Shown: positions 29,401-39,569, numbered from the stretch's first letter. The stretch: 53,366 nt of DNA from a virus (IMGVR_UViG_3300025582_000056:1-53366); one strand, 5' to 3'. A program made the numbers and translations. The notes: generated by a model from the sequence alone, not told the origin.

Positions 29401-29969
29401 AAGATGTTTTCAGGTTTTATGTCGAGATACAGATAGATGCCGTCCTTATGCTCGTGGAACGGCCTGACAGCGTTGCACAAGGACAGTATGATCTGAGCAA
29501 TTTCAAAAACACCTGAGACATCGTCCCGGATATTGTCGAGCGAATCGCCGTTGGTTGGCTCCAAAACGGTATAAACGGTGTTGTTGGCCTCGCTGCATGT
29601 CGGGCGGGGCAGCATGTGGTTCGTGTCGTTTTCATAGAAGGCAACATGGTTGAGATATCCGTTCAGAAAATGGCTTCTGAGGCTTTCGAAGCTTTTCTGG
29701 GCATCCATGCCGTCAACAAACAAGTGTACGCCGTCACGACGGATTTTTCGGGTTAGAGAACAGGGATAGAATTCCTTGATAATGGCTACACGGCAAAGCT
29801 GCCGACTCCCGCCGCAGAAGGCGGCCTCCGGCCTCTCGGCCCTATAGACGATGCAGCTGCCGCCGTACCCGATCACGCGTCTGATGGTGTATGTGATAGC
29901 CTGCCCGTCTACAATGAATTCCAGTTGTTCGCCTTCCGCAAGAGGAATCCTCTTTTCTTCTGCCACCAT
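26472..29969 (-). CDS. Ser/Thr kinase-like + STAND/NB-ARC-like NTPase + TPR repeat protein
   Basis: IGYGGSCIVY, IIKE, YLDIKPEN, LFDFD; GMGGIGKTEL and LIVIDN; about 10 C-terminal TPRs. Confidence 0.85.
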   Translation of the reverse strand: MVAEEKRIPLAEGEQLEFIVDGQAITYTIRRVIGYGGSCIVYRAERPEAAFCGGSRQLCRVAIIKEFYPCSLTRKIRRDGVHLFVDGMDAQKSFESLRSHFLNGYLNHVAFYENDTNHMLPRPTCSEANNTVYTVLEPTNGDSLDNIRDDVSGVFEIAQIILSLCNAVRPFHEHKDGIYLYLDIKPENIFLFKKDAGETRRVALFDFDTVMLLDDILEKKIPYRVNSEGWAPPEQEQWLTRSFSKTTDIYAMGAVLFWLITGKILNEADLYAIQRNKLHLMDSSIHTSILTGESGALVKKIFSKTLRAATSSRYQDIRELQNDLQTLLEITQPAGPTITGKLDETNRLMRENLEALQNSNGLQMCLIYSVPSALETFTDREDKIREIGDRLQKSGWAMVSGMGGIGKTELVKEYIHRNKEKYNTVCFLSYDGSLLSTIGLSLPVLNYEAEDENLEFHYNAKMKLLKTYNEDTLIVIDNFNRTKDDSGKYVSAVFDKKFGDVRSGKYHIIFTSRVIHDGCLELGELEGVYQNELFFKYYTKEMSEDDQRAIAGILDIISGHTLTLVLIAKTLFTGRRVSPKTLLDKLTANLKTDIPAYVTLEKDGEIHSALMYAHIESIFDISQLSEREKYILMNMSLTPHDGIKAETFGDWIRLDDFNDFDALVGTGWIILDRKTDVASLHPVVSDVLANALKPNSVSCEQYLTSLNGYLSPLDEGNDWITLNQAIRLCTSVLKRIPDKVLLTGRILYNFGRIYRLLAMFYESQECLLEALSIYEKENPENLSDQNELARLHRHIGLSYSELADNKKAMECYLKALNLFEKAENPDYRNLARTLNLLGSSSRKLASYPDALKYHLAALKVQQEHFPEKLSDLALTYNYLGMYYNALGEYDNSLPNFLKSLEFRQLSLPPNHRSIAQSLHNIAWIYSTKGYFDNALDYYFRSLKIKKEVLPANHSSMSIAYYNIGSVYQSKNELDVTLEYYQKALQIRVNLNMENKPRTAAIYRGLCSVCRKKKQFDDALVWIDKAIEIYRQNGRAGLPSSTASYDNKGYVYRDKGDFDEAMVYFNMAFDIRRKKFDDSHPHIATSYCNFADVYLGKGQYDAAIEFYQKALNIRLLKFPENHPKNLSIYKNLASAYRSIDDNDMANVYLEKANISETMLADSNSEE

Positions 29970-30044
29970 ACCTCATCCCTTCTGACTTTAAAATAAATAG
30001 CTAAACAAACCTATTCCGAGTTCCGAAACTAAAAACACAAAGGA

Positions 30045-30074
30045 GGCCCGTCCGGAATTGACGGGGCCTTTTTT
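30045..30074. terminator. Hairpin/terminator between 473-aa gene and kinase gene
   Basis: GGCCCGTC...GACGGGGCC followed by T6 on the + strand. Confidence 0.5.
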
Positions 30075-30140
30075 GCATTTATGCTGGGTTGGCAGAAGAC
30101 GTAAGGCAAATTCTTTCCCCAAAAAGAACCTCCGGCTGGC

Positions 30141-31562
30141 TCATTCCCCGAAATCGGCGGGGTAGGACGCTTTCAGTACTTCATTAAAGAACAGCATGGG
30201 ATCATCCTTATTCTCGATGGCATTAGCGCTTTTCAAGATGAGCCAATCCAGCTGATTGGCCGGATAAATACGCGCCATTCCGCATTCATTAAGCATTTTG
30301 TCGAGTCTGACATAAAAATCCGCATAGGTGTCGTCGGACGGATCAATGTTCGGGTCGAAATCAAAAAAGTAGTCCGCAAAGAACAGTAGTACCAGTGCGG
30401 CTCGCTTGATCTTCTTGGGGTTATTGTCCATTTCAGAGAAGTATTGTGCATAGGTAGTTCCCTCTAGTGCCTTTTTCAACGTTTCATCCTGTAGTGCCAA
30501 AAAATCGTTGTAGACGGTTTCCTTTTGGGATTTCTTATTCACCGCCGCTTTTTTTACAAAGGGGATGTCGAGGTAGATCAGCTGCAGCAGCATGTCGTTG
30601 GGAACCAGTTTCTGAAGGAATTGATCCGGTGTCAACGTTTCTTCGGCCGTCTTGGAGGCTCGGCCGTTCACGTTTTTTTCATGTACCCATTTCAGAGGCT
30701 GCTGCTCGCATTTCAATTCTATTTTTTCTGTGAGTCTGTTCCACAGTAATTTTATGTCCTGTGTCGGGCCAGTGGCCTTAAATCCGCGTAAATCACTGAT
30801 GAAATCGGCATCGCCCTTTGCAAGGCCAGCAAGCAAATGGACGAGCGTTATATACACTTCGTCCTGAAAATCATACAAATATGCGGATTTTAAGTGGGAA
30901 AGGACTATTTTGACGATCAGCCGCCTCTTCAGTTCCAGGTATTTTTTATAGGCAGTCAGGCTGTAACCGAAAAAATTCGCCTTGTTGTCACACAATAACC
31001 CAACGAACGCCTCTTCGTCCTCCTCTAGCATGGAGGTAAAGACGCTTCGAATAACACGGGTACTCTTTTCAGCGGAAGGTGTATTTTCTTCATTGCAGGG
31101 GGCTGAGTCGTATCTTGCGATTTTACCAAGAGCATGTTCATAGGTCTTTTTATACTTCAGGCAGTAGTAATATACAATTTCCTTCGCATCACGAAAATTG
31201 AAACCGTTATATTTGCATGCTTTTCTGAGGAACTCGACTGATTCTGATTCATTCAATCCCAGTGCAAAGCAAAGCTTGACAGCGTATTCTCGATCAGGAA
31301 CCGAATCGCCAGAAAACCACTTTCGGATATATGTATCCCGAGACGGCGCAAGATTCTTTTCATGCAGAATTTTGACGATCGCTTTATATGTCTCCTCCGA
31401 AGAGTTTTCGTTTCCCGGTTTGCCGAACCGTCGGGTTAATTCCTCGGAAAAGGTCATAAAGTGTTCCCCGGATTGGAGATACTCAAGGGATTCCTCGGGT
31501 GTGCAATATTCTTCGTCCAATATCGCAGCCAGTGCCATTTGCGTTTTCGATAACATTGCCAA
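30141..31562 (-). CDS. Hypothetical protein with HTH-like segment, partner of the kinase-TPR gene
   Basis: IRKWFSGDSVPDREYAVKLCFALGL; C-terminal LDKMLNECGMARIYP; GGAGGTGA RBS. Confidence 0.65.
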   Translation of the reverse strand: MAMLSKTQMALAAILDEEYCTPEESLEYLQSGEHFMTFSEELTRRFGKPGNENSSEETYKAIVKILHEKNLAPSRDTYIRKWFSGDSVPDREYAVKLCFALGLNESESVEFLRKACKYNGFNFRDAKEIVYYYCLKYKKTYEHALGKIARYDSAPCNEENTPSAEKSTRVIRSVFTSMLEEDEEAFVGLLCDNKANFFGYSLTAYKKYLELKRRLIVKIVLSHLKSAYLYDFQDEVYITLVHLLAGLAKGDADFISDLRGFKATGPTQDIKLLWNRLTEKIELKCEQQPLKWVHEKNVNGRASKTAEETLTPDQFLQKLVPNDMLLQLIYLDIPFVKKAAVNKKSQKETVYNDFLALQDETLKKALEGTTYAQYFSEMDNNPKKIKRAALVLLFFADYFFDFDPNIDPSDDTYADFYVRLDKMLNECGMARIYPANQLDWLILKSANAIENKDDPMLFFNEVLKASYPADFGE

Positions 31563-31910
31563 TCACCTCCGTAGTTCTCTCAGGATATCGTGCTCCATTC
31601 GTGTTCGGATGATTTACTTTATTTTTTCCATTTTATCATAATCTTGCCTTCGAGACACTCTTTTTTCACACTGCGGTAGCCTCCCCGCACATAGGAAAGC
31701 TTGCACTGATGCCCTCAAAACGGGCTGGCGGCATGAACCGGTTGCCCGTTTTGCATGTTAAAATTCCGAACCATCAAAGCTATTTTGATAGCATGAAAGA
31801 GAAATAAGTGGGCGGCCAATGTTGCGGAAAGACGTATATCACCGCCATTTGGTCACCGACAGAAAACACATCAAATCAAATTGGCCTAGAGGCCGGAAAG
31901 GAATATCGCC

Positions 31911-32564
31911 ATGAAAATCTTCCACTCCAAAAATCAAAAAAAAGCAAAGCAAATTGGCTTTATAGAAGCCAAAATTATCCACAGAAAAGGCCTACACGAC
32001 GGCGAGTTGGGGCTTCCAAGACAAGACGAATCTGGAGAATGGACATCACCCTATATGCAGCGCGAGCTTTCAGCCTTTCGTGAGCACACGAATCGCATGT
32101 GGCTGCAGGTCGAGGTGGACACAGCGGAACTGCAAATCCAAGCCGAGAAGCTAAGGCAGAAAATCATCCGTATGAAAGACAATCACCGGAGCATTTCCGG
32201 TAATCTCGATGTCAGGTACACGGGAGAAGAAAAACTGGACTCTTGGATCGTCCAGGAACGGCGCAGTAAAGAACTATCTGAAATTGAACATCTCGAAGAC
32301 AACTATCAAGAAGCAGTTCAACAAATTTTAGGAGTCGAAAACGCTGCGCGACTCTTTTGCCTACAAATCGAAGAGCACACTTTCGGACGACTGAGTATCT
32401 ATTGGGACGGCTGCCTTGAATCTAATCCCAGCGCAAATTTGCCACCTGTTCCGACTGTTATTCATTCCGACGCGGAGACCGCCTATATGAATCGGTATAG
32501 ACGGAGTCTTCTCCCCACGAGCATTGCCGAGAAGAACATGGAAGAGGAGAAAAACCATGGCTAA
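31911..32564 (+). CDS. Hypothetical coiled-coil protein, first gene of OmpA-lipoprotein operon
   Basis: GAAAGGA RBS; overlaps next gene. Confidence 0.7.
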   Translation: MKIFHSKNQKKAKQIGFIEAKIIHRKGLHDGELGLPRQDESGEWTSPYMQRELSAFREHTNRMWLQVEVDTAELQIQAEKLRQKIIRMKDNHRSISGNLDVRYTGEEKLDSWIVQERRSKELSEIEHLEDNYQEAVQQILGVENAARLFCLQIEEHTFGRLSIYWDGCLESNPSANLPPVPTVIHSDAETAYMNRYRRSLLPTSIAEKNMEEEKNHG

Positions 32565-33003
32565 CTTCATTAGGTATTTAAAAAACACGAAAGAAAAACC
32601 CGTCGACATTGGACTCGCGAGTGACTTTACCCGCGCCCCTTATAGCCTTTATCCAAAAGATTATCAGGTGCCCGAAAAACTGTTCGCATTTCGCGAGGAA
32701 CTTGATCGGCACATTAATGAGCTATTCGAGAAGGGGGCCGTTGATGCCGGTAATGATATGTCGGTTGATGCTTTTATAGCCAGTGGCATCTTGTCATGCT
32801 TGGAAGATATTAATTACCAGCGAGCTGAGCGCCAGAGAATTATCTTAAGTCTTGTTAGCCGGAGGAACGGCGATTTGATCGATGGACAGCTAAAAATTGA
32901 GGACTACCAGAAAGAACTAGATATGGTTGAAAAGGAGCTTGTCAAGTTAACTAACACAACGAACGCGATGGACGCAGAAAAAAATACGCAACAGCTCGGA
33001 TAA
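32557..33003 (+). CDS. Hypothetical coiled-coil protein
   Basis: GAGGAG RBS before ATG 32557. Confidence 0.7.
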   Translation: MANFIRYLKNTKEKPVDIGLASDFTRAPYSLYPKDYQVPEKLFAFREELDRHINELFEKGAVDAGNDMSVDAFIASGILSCLEDINYQRAERQRIILSLVSRRNGDLIDGQLKIEDYQKELDMVEKELVKLTNTTNAMDAEKNTQQLG

Positions 33004-33038
33004 GTCTTCGGATAATAACGGAAAGGAAGTGATCACAT

Positions 33039-33935
33039 ATGCTCCGTAAGAATCAGACTACTGGCATCGCAGCTCTCGGCATGAGCGAGCGCTACCCAAA
33101 ATCCCGGCTTAAACTGCTTGCTGAGGAATATAAGCCACTAACCTGGTGGCAATTGCCAGCCGTTTCGATATTGCTTCTGGTTGTCTTTACAGCAGGAGAC
33201 TTCGCGAATATTTTCATGATTTTGTCCGACGTTATAACGCAGAATCCGGTCGTGTTATTTTTGTTTGCCGCCGTACTTTGCCTTTTGTTCAATTTCCTAC
33301 CCACTATTCTCGCAAGGCTTATACGTCTGCGACAAGCCAAAATGATTAACGCGTCCACCATCTACCTAATAGTAATATTCATTGTCTTTCTGCTTCTATT
33401 AGCCTCCGTCTTTTTTGTCCGTTTTGCGACCCGTGATCAGGAGTTTTACACCTCAAGTCTTATGCAGTCGGTCGCGTCTAGTGGCGGTAATCAAAAAACC
33501 ACCGCATCGCCTGCAGCTCTGCCCATGGTGTTCTTGATGACAGCATTGCCCCTTGGGACAGCCACTGTAAGCTTTTTCATTTCGTGGATGACCGACCCCG
33601 TACAAGAAAAAATATACAGGCTTAAGAAGCAAAGAATTAGACTCTTTGAACACCTGGCTCAGTTGAAAGCCTTTATGGCCGAGTGCACCGACCAACAATA
33701 CCAGACTAGGCTTATAACTGAGGATGACGCCAAATACGCTGCGGCTATGAACACTATCGAGGCAGAGAAACTAAATCTACAAGATTATTATCGTGTGCGC
33801 CTTGCCGAACACTTAGGAAATCCAACATCTACTTCGATCTTATCCGCACCACGCACGAATGCGTCGGTATCGAAATCTGCCAGAATCGTGCCAACCCCTA
33901 AAAAGCGAAAAATAGTAGGGAGGAAAAGCAAATGA
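33039..33935 (+). CDS. Four-TM membrane protein with C-terminal coiled coil
   Basis: Four hydrophobic segments; ATGA overlap with next gene. Confidence 0.75.
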   Translation: MLRKNQTTGIAALGMSERYPKSRLKLLAEEYKPLTWWQLPAVSILLLVVFTAGDFANIFMILSDVITQNPVVLFLFAAVLCLLFNFLPTILARLIRLRQAKMINASTIYLIVIFIVFLLLLASVFFVRFATRDQEFYTSSLMQSVASSGGNQKTTASPAALPMVFLMTALPLGTATVSFFISWMTDPVQEKIYRLKKQRIRLFEHLAQLKAFMAECTDQQYQTRLITEDDAKYAAAMNTIEAEKLNLQDYYRVRLAEHLGNPTSTSILSAPRTNASVSKSARIVPTPKKRKIVGRKSK

Positions 33936-35137
33936 AAAAACTAAAACGCCTTATCCTAATGTTTTCATTGACAGCCATGGTTATCGTCGTCCTTACCGCC
34001 TGTAGCGAACCAAACACTAAAAATCCCGTGGCGCTTTCTATTATCTCAGGCAATCATGCGAACACCAAAGCTCAAAATCTCGCCGGAACAGAGATCGTGA
34101 ATAAAGTCTCCGCTGCCACCGCCAGTTATGGCTATATAAGCATAGTATGCGCGGACGGCAGCCCGAAGCTCTCGGCTGCCTGGACTATCAGCCCGCCGAG
34201 TACTCCCGGCCTTACCGAGTCAAAGCTTAAACAAATCAGCACGCAGCAAGCAAAGGAAATCATAGCTTCGTTATTGACGGTAAAAGCCAGCTCTCCCCAG
34301 TTAGATATGCTTAAAGGATTCAACACCTCCGTTCGCAGCTTCGCTGATGCGCCCGAAAACAGCGAACGCCAGATCCTAGTCCTGGACAGCGGACTATCCA
34401 CAACCGGTGAACTCAATTTTTTAAAATCCGATTTTCTGAATGCCAATCCTAATGCGGCGGTCGATCTCTTAAGTTCAAGAAACGCCATCCCTAACTTTTC
34501 TGGCATAACAGTCACATGGATCGGTTTGGGGGATGTTGGCGCTCCTCAAAAAGAATTGTCACCCACCCAAAAGGAAAATTTGAAGAAAATATGGACGAAA
34601 ATCATTGAAAAAACCGGCGGCAAAGTAATTTTTCTTGATACCCTGCCGAGCAATAAAGATAACCCGGCAAGCGATTACCCGAAAGTTTCGACTATCGATT
34701 TTCTCAGTGACGATCAAACGAATATCGGCAACGTTGACGCGGTAGTCTTCAGAAACATCCAGTTTATCGGCGATAGCTCAGAATATATTGACCCAAAAGC
34801 CGCCGACTCCATATTGAAACCGGTCGCCGATTACTTAAAGGCGACGCCCGGATTCACCATTCTAATAATCGGAACAACCGCCGGTGCGAATAATAAAGAA
34901 TCCTGCATGCAGCTCTCTTCAAAAAGAGCCGAGGCCGTGCGTAACACGCTGATTTCTCTCGGTGCTTCCGAAAATCAGATAAAGGCTATCGGCCTGGGAT
35001 ACAGCGATCCCTGGCATATACCTGACACCCGTGATGACGGAACTCTGATCGAATCCATAGCTTCCCAAAACCGTAAAGTCGTACTCATGGACGCCTCATC
35101 ATACGAAGCGCAGTCCATCCTCGCAGAAAACATATAA
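33932..35137 (+). CDS. Lipoprotein with C-terminal OmpA/MotB-like peptidoglycan-binding domain
   Basis: LTAC lipobox; IIGTTA...LSSKRAEAVRNTL...IGLG...NRKV. Confidence 0.8.
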   Translation: MKKLKRLILMFSLTAMVIVVLTACSEPNTKNPVALSIISGNHANTKAQNLAGTEIVNKVSAATASYGYISIVCADGSPKLSAAWTISPPSTPGLTESKLKQISTQQAKEIIASLLTVKASSPQLDMLKGFNTSVRSFADAPENSERQILVLDSGLSTTGELNFLKSDFLNANPNAAVDLLSSRNAIPNFSGITVTWIGLGDVGAPQKELSPTQKENLKKIWTKIIEKTGGKVIFLDTLPSNKDNPASDYPKVSTIDFLSDDQTNIGNVDAVVFRNIQFIGDSSEYIDPKAADSILKPVADYLKATPGFTILIIGTTAGANNKESCMQLSSKRAEAVRNTLISLGASENQIKAIGLGYSDPWHIPDTRDDGTLIESIASQNRKVVLMDASSYEAQSILAENI

Positions 35138-35213
35138 ATCTCAACCATTTGGTGTAGTTCGGAGATTCCAAAGATTGAAATCTGCAATTCAATGTTAAAG
35201 GAGGCGTTGCGTT

Positions 35214-35390
35214 ATGAAAGGAAAAATCACAGAGGTGGCATTCACACTCTTTTTCGCTTCACTCTTGATCTATATTGCGGTAATGCTCTTTCTAAAAATA
35301 TGGTTGGTTTTAGTCCTGTTAATTGCAATCATCGCTACCACAGTCGTCTTAATAAGAATCTATTTATGGCGATTCAGGAATCCCTGGTAA
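35214..35390 (+). CDS. 58-aa two-TM membrane peptide (absent from the ORF track)
   Basis: AAGGAGG RBS; MKGKITEVAFTLFFASLLIYIAVMLFLKIWLVLVLLIAIIATTVVLIRIYLWRFRNPW. Confidence 0.7.
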   Translation: MKGKITEVAFTLFFASLLIYIAVMLFLKIWLVLVLLIAIIATTVVLIRIYLWRFRNPW

Positions 35391-35613
35391 AATCTACCGC
35401 CTAATAATAAAGATTGGGGTAACTAACACGCCTAAAAACCACAGGCCATAACTCTTTACAACAGCGTTTTTTATTGCATATTAACACCCACTCTACCCCT
35501 GTTAAGTGGTTTCTCATCGGTCAAAAAGCTGTGAGCGCTACCTATTCCCAAAGAGAGACGTCCCGAGCTTTAATATCAACAAAGCAAATGCCCATAAAGA
35601 AAGGAAGATATTT

Positions 35614-36174
35614 ATGAAAACTAATAGACCTCAAAAGTTATATAAAACCATTATGGCTGATCCACCCTGGGATATACAGCAAAAGGGCCATCGCGGCGCA
35701 GCCATGCATTACCCGTTGATGACACTCGACCAGATTAAAGCCATGCCTGTATCCGATTTTGCTGAACCAGATTCTCACTGCTGGTTATGGGTCACAAACG
35801 CAACCCTTCGTCATGGCTTCGACGTTCTGGAGGCCTGGGGCTTCACAACCCGTTCAGTTTGCACTTGGGTTAAGCCCCGATTAGGTCTTGGGAATTACCT
35901 GCGAAATGCCACCGAACATATCCTGCTCGGTACGCGCGGAAACGCACCTGTTTTATTCCGTGCCCAGCCCACTTGGCTATTTGCCCCACTACAGGATCAT
36001 AGTCACAAGCCGGAAGAAATATTTTCCATAATCGAGCGCGTCTCGCCCGGCCCATATCTTGAATTATTTGCTCGTCGTCATCAACCCGGCTGGGACGCTT
36101 GGGGAAACGAAATCGAATCAGATATTGAGATACCGGGCTATCCCGTACCTCAAGTGCGCAGGAGGAAGGAATAA
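35614..36174 (+). CDS. MT-A70 family adenine methyltransferase
   Basis: ADPPW, LWVTN, AWGF, HSHKP, LELFAR, WGNE. Confidence 0.92.
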   Translation: MKTNRPQKLYKTIMADPPWDIQQKGHRGAAMHYPLMTLDQIKAMPVSDFAEPDSHCWLWVTNATLRHGFDVLEAWGFTTRSVCTWVKPRLGLGNYLRNATEHILLGTRGNAPVLFRAQPTWLFAPLQDHSHKPEEIFSIIERVSPGPYLELFARRHQPGWDAWGNEIESDIEIPGYPVPQVRRRKE

Positions 36175-36312
36175 TGCAAGGAATCCCAGCCAAAAGGACT
36201 CATCATCCGCATACTGGAATTCGCTGGCCCTTTTACCCTGAGTGCTTTTCCCCTGCGGCTCGGAGTGTGCAATTATGGAAAAACAACAACTAGCAAGAAA
36301 GGAGCGGGCACT

Positions 36313-38472
36313 ATGAAACGACAAATCAAAGAAATGTGTTGGAGGGAGGTTATCTGGCACCGTCCCTTTGAACTGGAAACCATCTACGAACTTTTGTCTC
36401 ACCTTGCATCTCTTATCCCGCGCGGCCCAATTATTTGGGAAGCAAGAGCATATGACGGCCAGGTGCGCTATCTGCTTGGCGCAGAGCAACGTTACACAAA
36501 TGAGATCCAAGATGTCTTCCGCGCCCACGGACGCGTTCAATTTTATAGCACGCCGAAACATACGCGTAAAGCCATTGACAATGTTAAGAAGCTTAAAATC
36601 TCCCGCCCTGTACTATCCCTTAAGACAGACATAGCCTTGTCGGTCATCCGGGCGGGACTGGCTGCCATGGTTTCCTCTCATAGTAAAGAGGAAACCGTGC
36701 TGCAGATCGTGTTCGGCCCGTCCTTTGCGCCATCAGATGTGCCAAAACGACTGCCCAACCCGCATACCACATGGTCTCAGCTTTTCTTCGGCAATGCCAG
36801 TCAGGCGTCACCGGAGAGCCGCAGCTCCATCAAAGGGAAAGCACAGCAGCATGGATTTTGTGCCGCGATTCGGATAGGTTCTTCCGGCAAAAACGCTTTA
36901 AACCGTATTTATAACATTTTAAGTGCGCTCAAAACCTTGGAGTCGGCAGGTGTCCGTATCAGCGCCCAACCCGAAAAGGCCATGAGCATTAATGAAGCAC
37001 ACGTGCCGTGGTACTTTCCCCTCAGATTGTCCGTTAGAGAACTGGCACACTTTCTGCTGCTTCCTGCAGGAGATAAGGAACTGGCTGGTACAGCAGGTTT
37101 GCATCCCAAAGCGTTGCCACCGCCTGAATGGTATAAAAATCCTGTAAGTTCTATTCAAGCCCGTACCTTCGCCGTTAGCACGGGCACCGCAGAGCGTGTA
37201 CAGCTCAGTATTTCCCCAAGTGACAGTCTGGAGCATACCATCCTGCTCGGTCCCACCGGAACCGGCAAATCCACTACCATGTTACACCTTGCTTTAGCGG
37301 ACATCAAAGCAGGACGCAGCGTGCTCCTGATTGACCCCAAGGCCGACCTCGTAAATGACGTCTTAGCCAGTTTACCGGAATCACGCAGCGATGAGGTCAT
37401 AATCATCGACCCCTCTGACCCCTGCCCAGTTGGGTTCAACCCCTTAGCATTCAATAACTATCGTAACCCAGCGCTCATTGCGGACGCTGTTTTGGCTGTC
37501 CTCAAGGAGATTTTTGCAGATAACTGGGGCATCCGCAGTCAGGATATTTTAAGTGCGGCTCTGCTTACATTGGTGGAAACCGAGGGGGCATCCCTACTTT
37601 GGCTGCCCACCCTCCTCACCGATGCAGCCTTTCGGCATAAAATTACCAGCCGAGTGAAGGACAAAATTGCCCTTAAACCTTTTTGGGATAGCTTTGAAGC
37701 CATGAAAGATACTGAGCGTCGGCAGGAAATTGCGCCAGTCATGAACAAAATGCGCCAGTTCCTGCTCCGTCCTGGACTGCGCAACGTTCTGGGGCAAAGC
37801 AATCCTAAGTTTAAGCTGACGGATTTATTCGACAAACGTCGCATCGTGCTGGTACCGCTCAATAAGGGAATGATCGGGGCGGAGAGTGCCCGGCTGCTGG
37901 GAAGCCTCATCGTGGGCCTGACCTGGACGCTCGCCCTCTCCCGCGCTAGCCTTCCGCCTGAGCGGCGGCACATCGTCAGCGTATTTATCGACGAGCTTCA
38001 GGATTATCTGAGCTTGCCCACTGATTTATCTGACGCACTTGCCCAAGCACGCGGTCTGGGATTGGGTATCACCATGGCCCACCAATATCGTGCCCAACTT
38101 CCGCCAAATATCCGCGCTGGTATCGATGCCAACGCACGGAACAAAATCATCTTCGGATTAAACAGCGGCGACGCAAAAGATATGGCGGCAATGGCACCCG
38201 AACTGGAGGCGCGGGACTTTATGAATTTGCCACGCTATCAGGTATACACCACGTTTCAATCCGCAGGCAAAAATACCGGCTGGGTACAGGGTCAGACTCT
38301 ACCACCGCCGCCTGTCCTCCGTATGTCTGCGGAACTGAAAGCCAGAAGTATGACCATGTATGGCATTCCCGCTGAAGAAGTCGAGCGGGAGTATCTTGAA
38401 ATCATCAATTCAGAGAACATTAACCACAATGATTGGGGCGATGCCTCTATCGGAAGGAGAAAATTACCATGA
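36313..38472 (+). CDS. VirD4/TraD-like coupling ATPase
   Basis: LGPTGTGKST, LIDPKADL, FIDELQDY, AHQYRAQL. Confidence 0.85.
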   Translation: MKRQIKEMCWREVIWHRPFELETIYELLSHLASLIPRGPIIWEARAYDGQVRYLLGAEQRYTNEIQDVFRAHGRVQFYSTPKHTRKAIDNVKKLKISRPVLSLKTDIALSVIRAGLAAMVSSHSKEETVLQIVFGPSFAPSDVPKRLPNPHTTWSQLFFGNASQASPESRSSIKGKAQQHGFCAAIRIGSSGKNALNRIYNILSALKTLESAGVRISAQPEKAMSINEAHVPWYFPLRLSVRELAHFLLLPAGDKELAGTAGLHPKALPPPEWYKNPVSSIQARTFAVSTGTAERVQLSISPSDSLEHTILLGPTGTGKSTTMLHLALADIKAGRSVLLIDPKADLVNDVLASLPESRSDEVIIIDPSDPCPVGFNPLAFNNYRNPALIADAVLAVLKEIFADNWGIRSQDILSAALLTLVETEGASLLWLPTLLTDAAFRHKITSRVKDKIALKPFWDSFEAMKDTERRQEIAPVMNKMRQFLLRPGLRNVLGQSNPKFKLTDLFDKRRIVLVPLNKGMIGAESARLLGSLIVGLTWTLALSRASLPPERRHIVSVFIDELQDYLSLPTDLSDALAQARGLGLGITMAHQYRAQLPPNIRAGIDANARNKIIFGLNSGDAKDMAAMAPELEARDFMNLPRYQVYTTFQSAGKNTGWVQGQTLPPPPVLRMSAELKARSMTMYGIPAEEVEREYLEIINSENINHNDWGDASIGRRKLP

Positions 38473-38595
38473 CGAACCGCCAGACCTTTCACTTGGATTT
38501 GAAAATCCCCGAACGCTCGGGTACAAGCCAACTTTTCGGATTTAAGGAGCACGACTCCTACTGCTACCACAGTAGTTTTTTGCAAGGGGGCGGCC

Positions 38596-39420
38596 ATGCC
38601 TGAGAGAGTATCGCTCAAAAAACTGGAGGAGCTGGAGCCTAGCTTAAGCGATCGGGACAAAAACGTCTTGAGATCTATTCAGGCGTACCGCTATCTCACG
38701 ACTTCGCAAATCCAAAGACTGCATGTTATCGATGCGGCAACCCCCAGTTCAGCCCTCAGAGCTACGAGCCGAAACTTGAAAAAACTCAAAGAGCTTCATC
38801 TGATCGACACCCTTGCCCGTCGAATCGGCGGAGTATATTCCGGATCAGGTTCCTCTGTGTGGCATTTGGATGCCGCCGGTGAGCATCTCCTCCGCTTGAC
38901 TGATAATAAAGCTCGCCAACATAAAGCAAGCTTTGAACCCTCCGCCTACTTTTTGACACATACACTGTCGGTATCTGAATGCGTTGTCCGACTCACCGAA
39001 GTATGCCGCAAAAAAGGCATGCATCTAACAGAAGCACAGAATGAGCCGTATTGTTGGCGTCCCTACAACAGTGCTGGAAAGATTATATCCTTAAAACCAG
39101 ATCTGTTTGCCATTACCCTGTGCGATAAGTATGAGGATCGCTGGTTCTTTGAGATTGACCTTGCCACCGAGTCGCCCGTCAAGGTCATCGAGAAGTGCCA
39201 TCGCTATCATCAGTATTATCGAAGTGGCTCGGAGCAGGAGCAGTACGGGGTGTTCCCGCTGGTGGTCTGGATCGTACCGGACGCCGCTAGAAAAAGCAGC
39301 GTAGAAATGCGAATCAAGGCGGAGTTTTTAAAGCTGCCAAACATCTTTGTTGTTATTACACCCGATGAGCTGGAGCCTTTGGTTAAAAAGGGCGCGGGCG
39401 ACTCTGAAGGAGGCCATTAA
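38596..39420 (+). CDS. Replication-relaxation family protein
   Basis: LTTSQIQRLH, RRIGG..SGS, HTLSV, KPD...FEIDLATES, GVFPLVVW. Confidence 0.85.
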   Translation: MPERVSLKKLEELEPSLSDRDKNVLRSIQAYRYLTTSQIQRLHVIDAATPSSALRATSRNLKKLKELHLIDTLARRIGGVYSGSGSSVWHLDAAGEHLLRLTDNKARQHKASFEPSAYFLTHTLSVSECVVRLTEVCRKKGMHLTEAQNEPYCWRPYNSAGKIISLKPDLFAITLCDKYEDRWFFEIDLATESPVKVIEKCHRYHQYYRSGSEQEQYGVFPLVVWIVPDAARKSSVEMRIKAEFLKLPNIFVVITPDELEPLVKKGAGDSEGGH

Positions 39421-39569
39421 TGATAAGAAAACAGATAATAACAGAGGCGCAGAAATTGCCCCAAAAGGCATTAAAAGAAATAGCGCCCGTAGGTTTACCC
39501 GATCTGCATAATAAAAGCGCACCTGCGGCCCCTGTCGCGGCCACCTGCGCAAAAAAAGGAGGTCAGCCT

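Noticed and set aside
33039-35137. Zorya/MotAB-type pair
   Set aside because: The OmpA protein has a lipobox rather than a MotB-type TM Asp helix, and no ZorC/D/E-like genes are present
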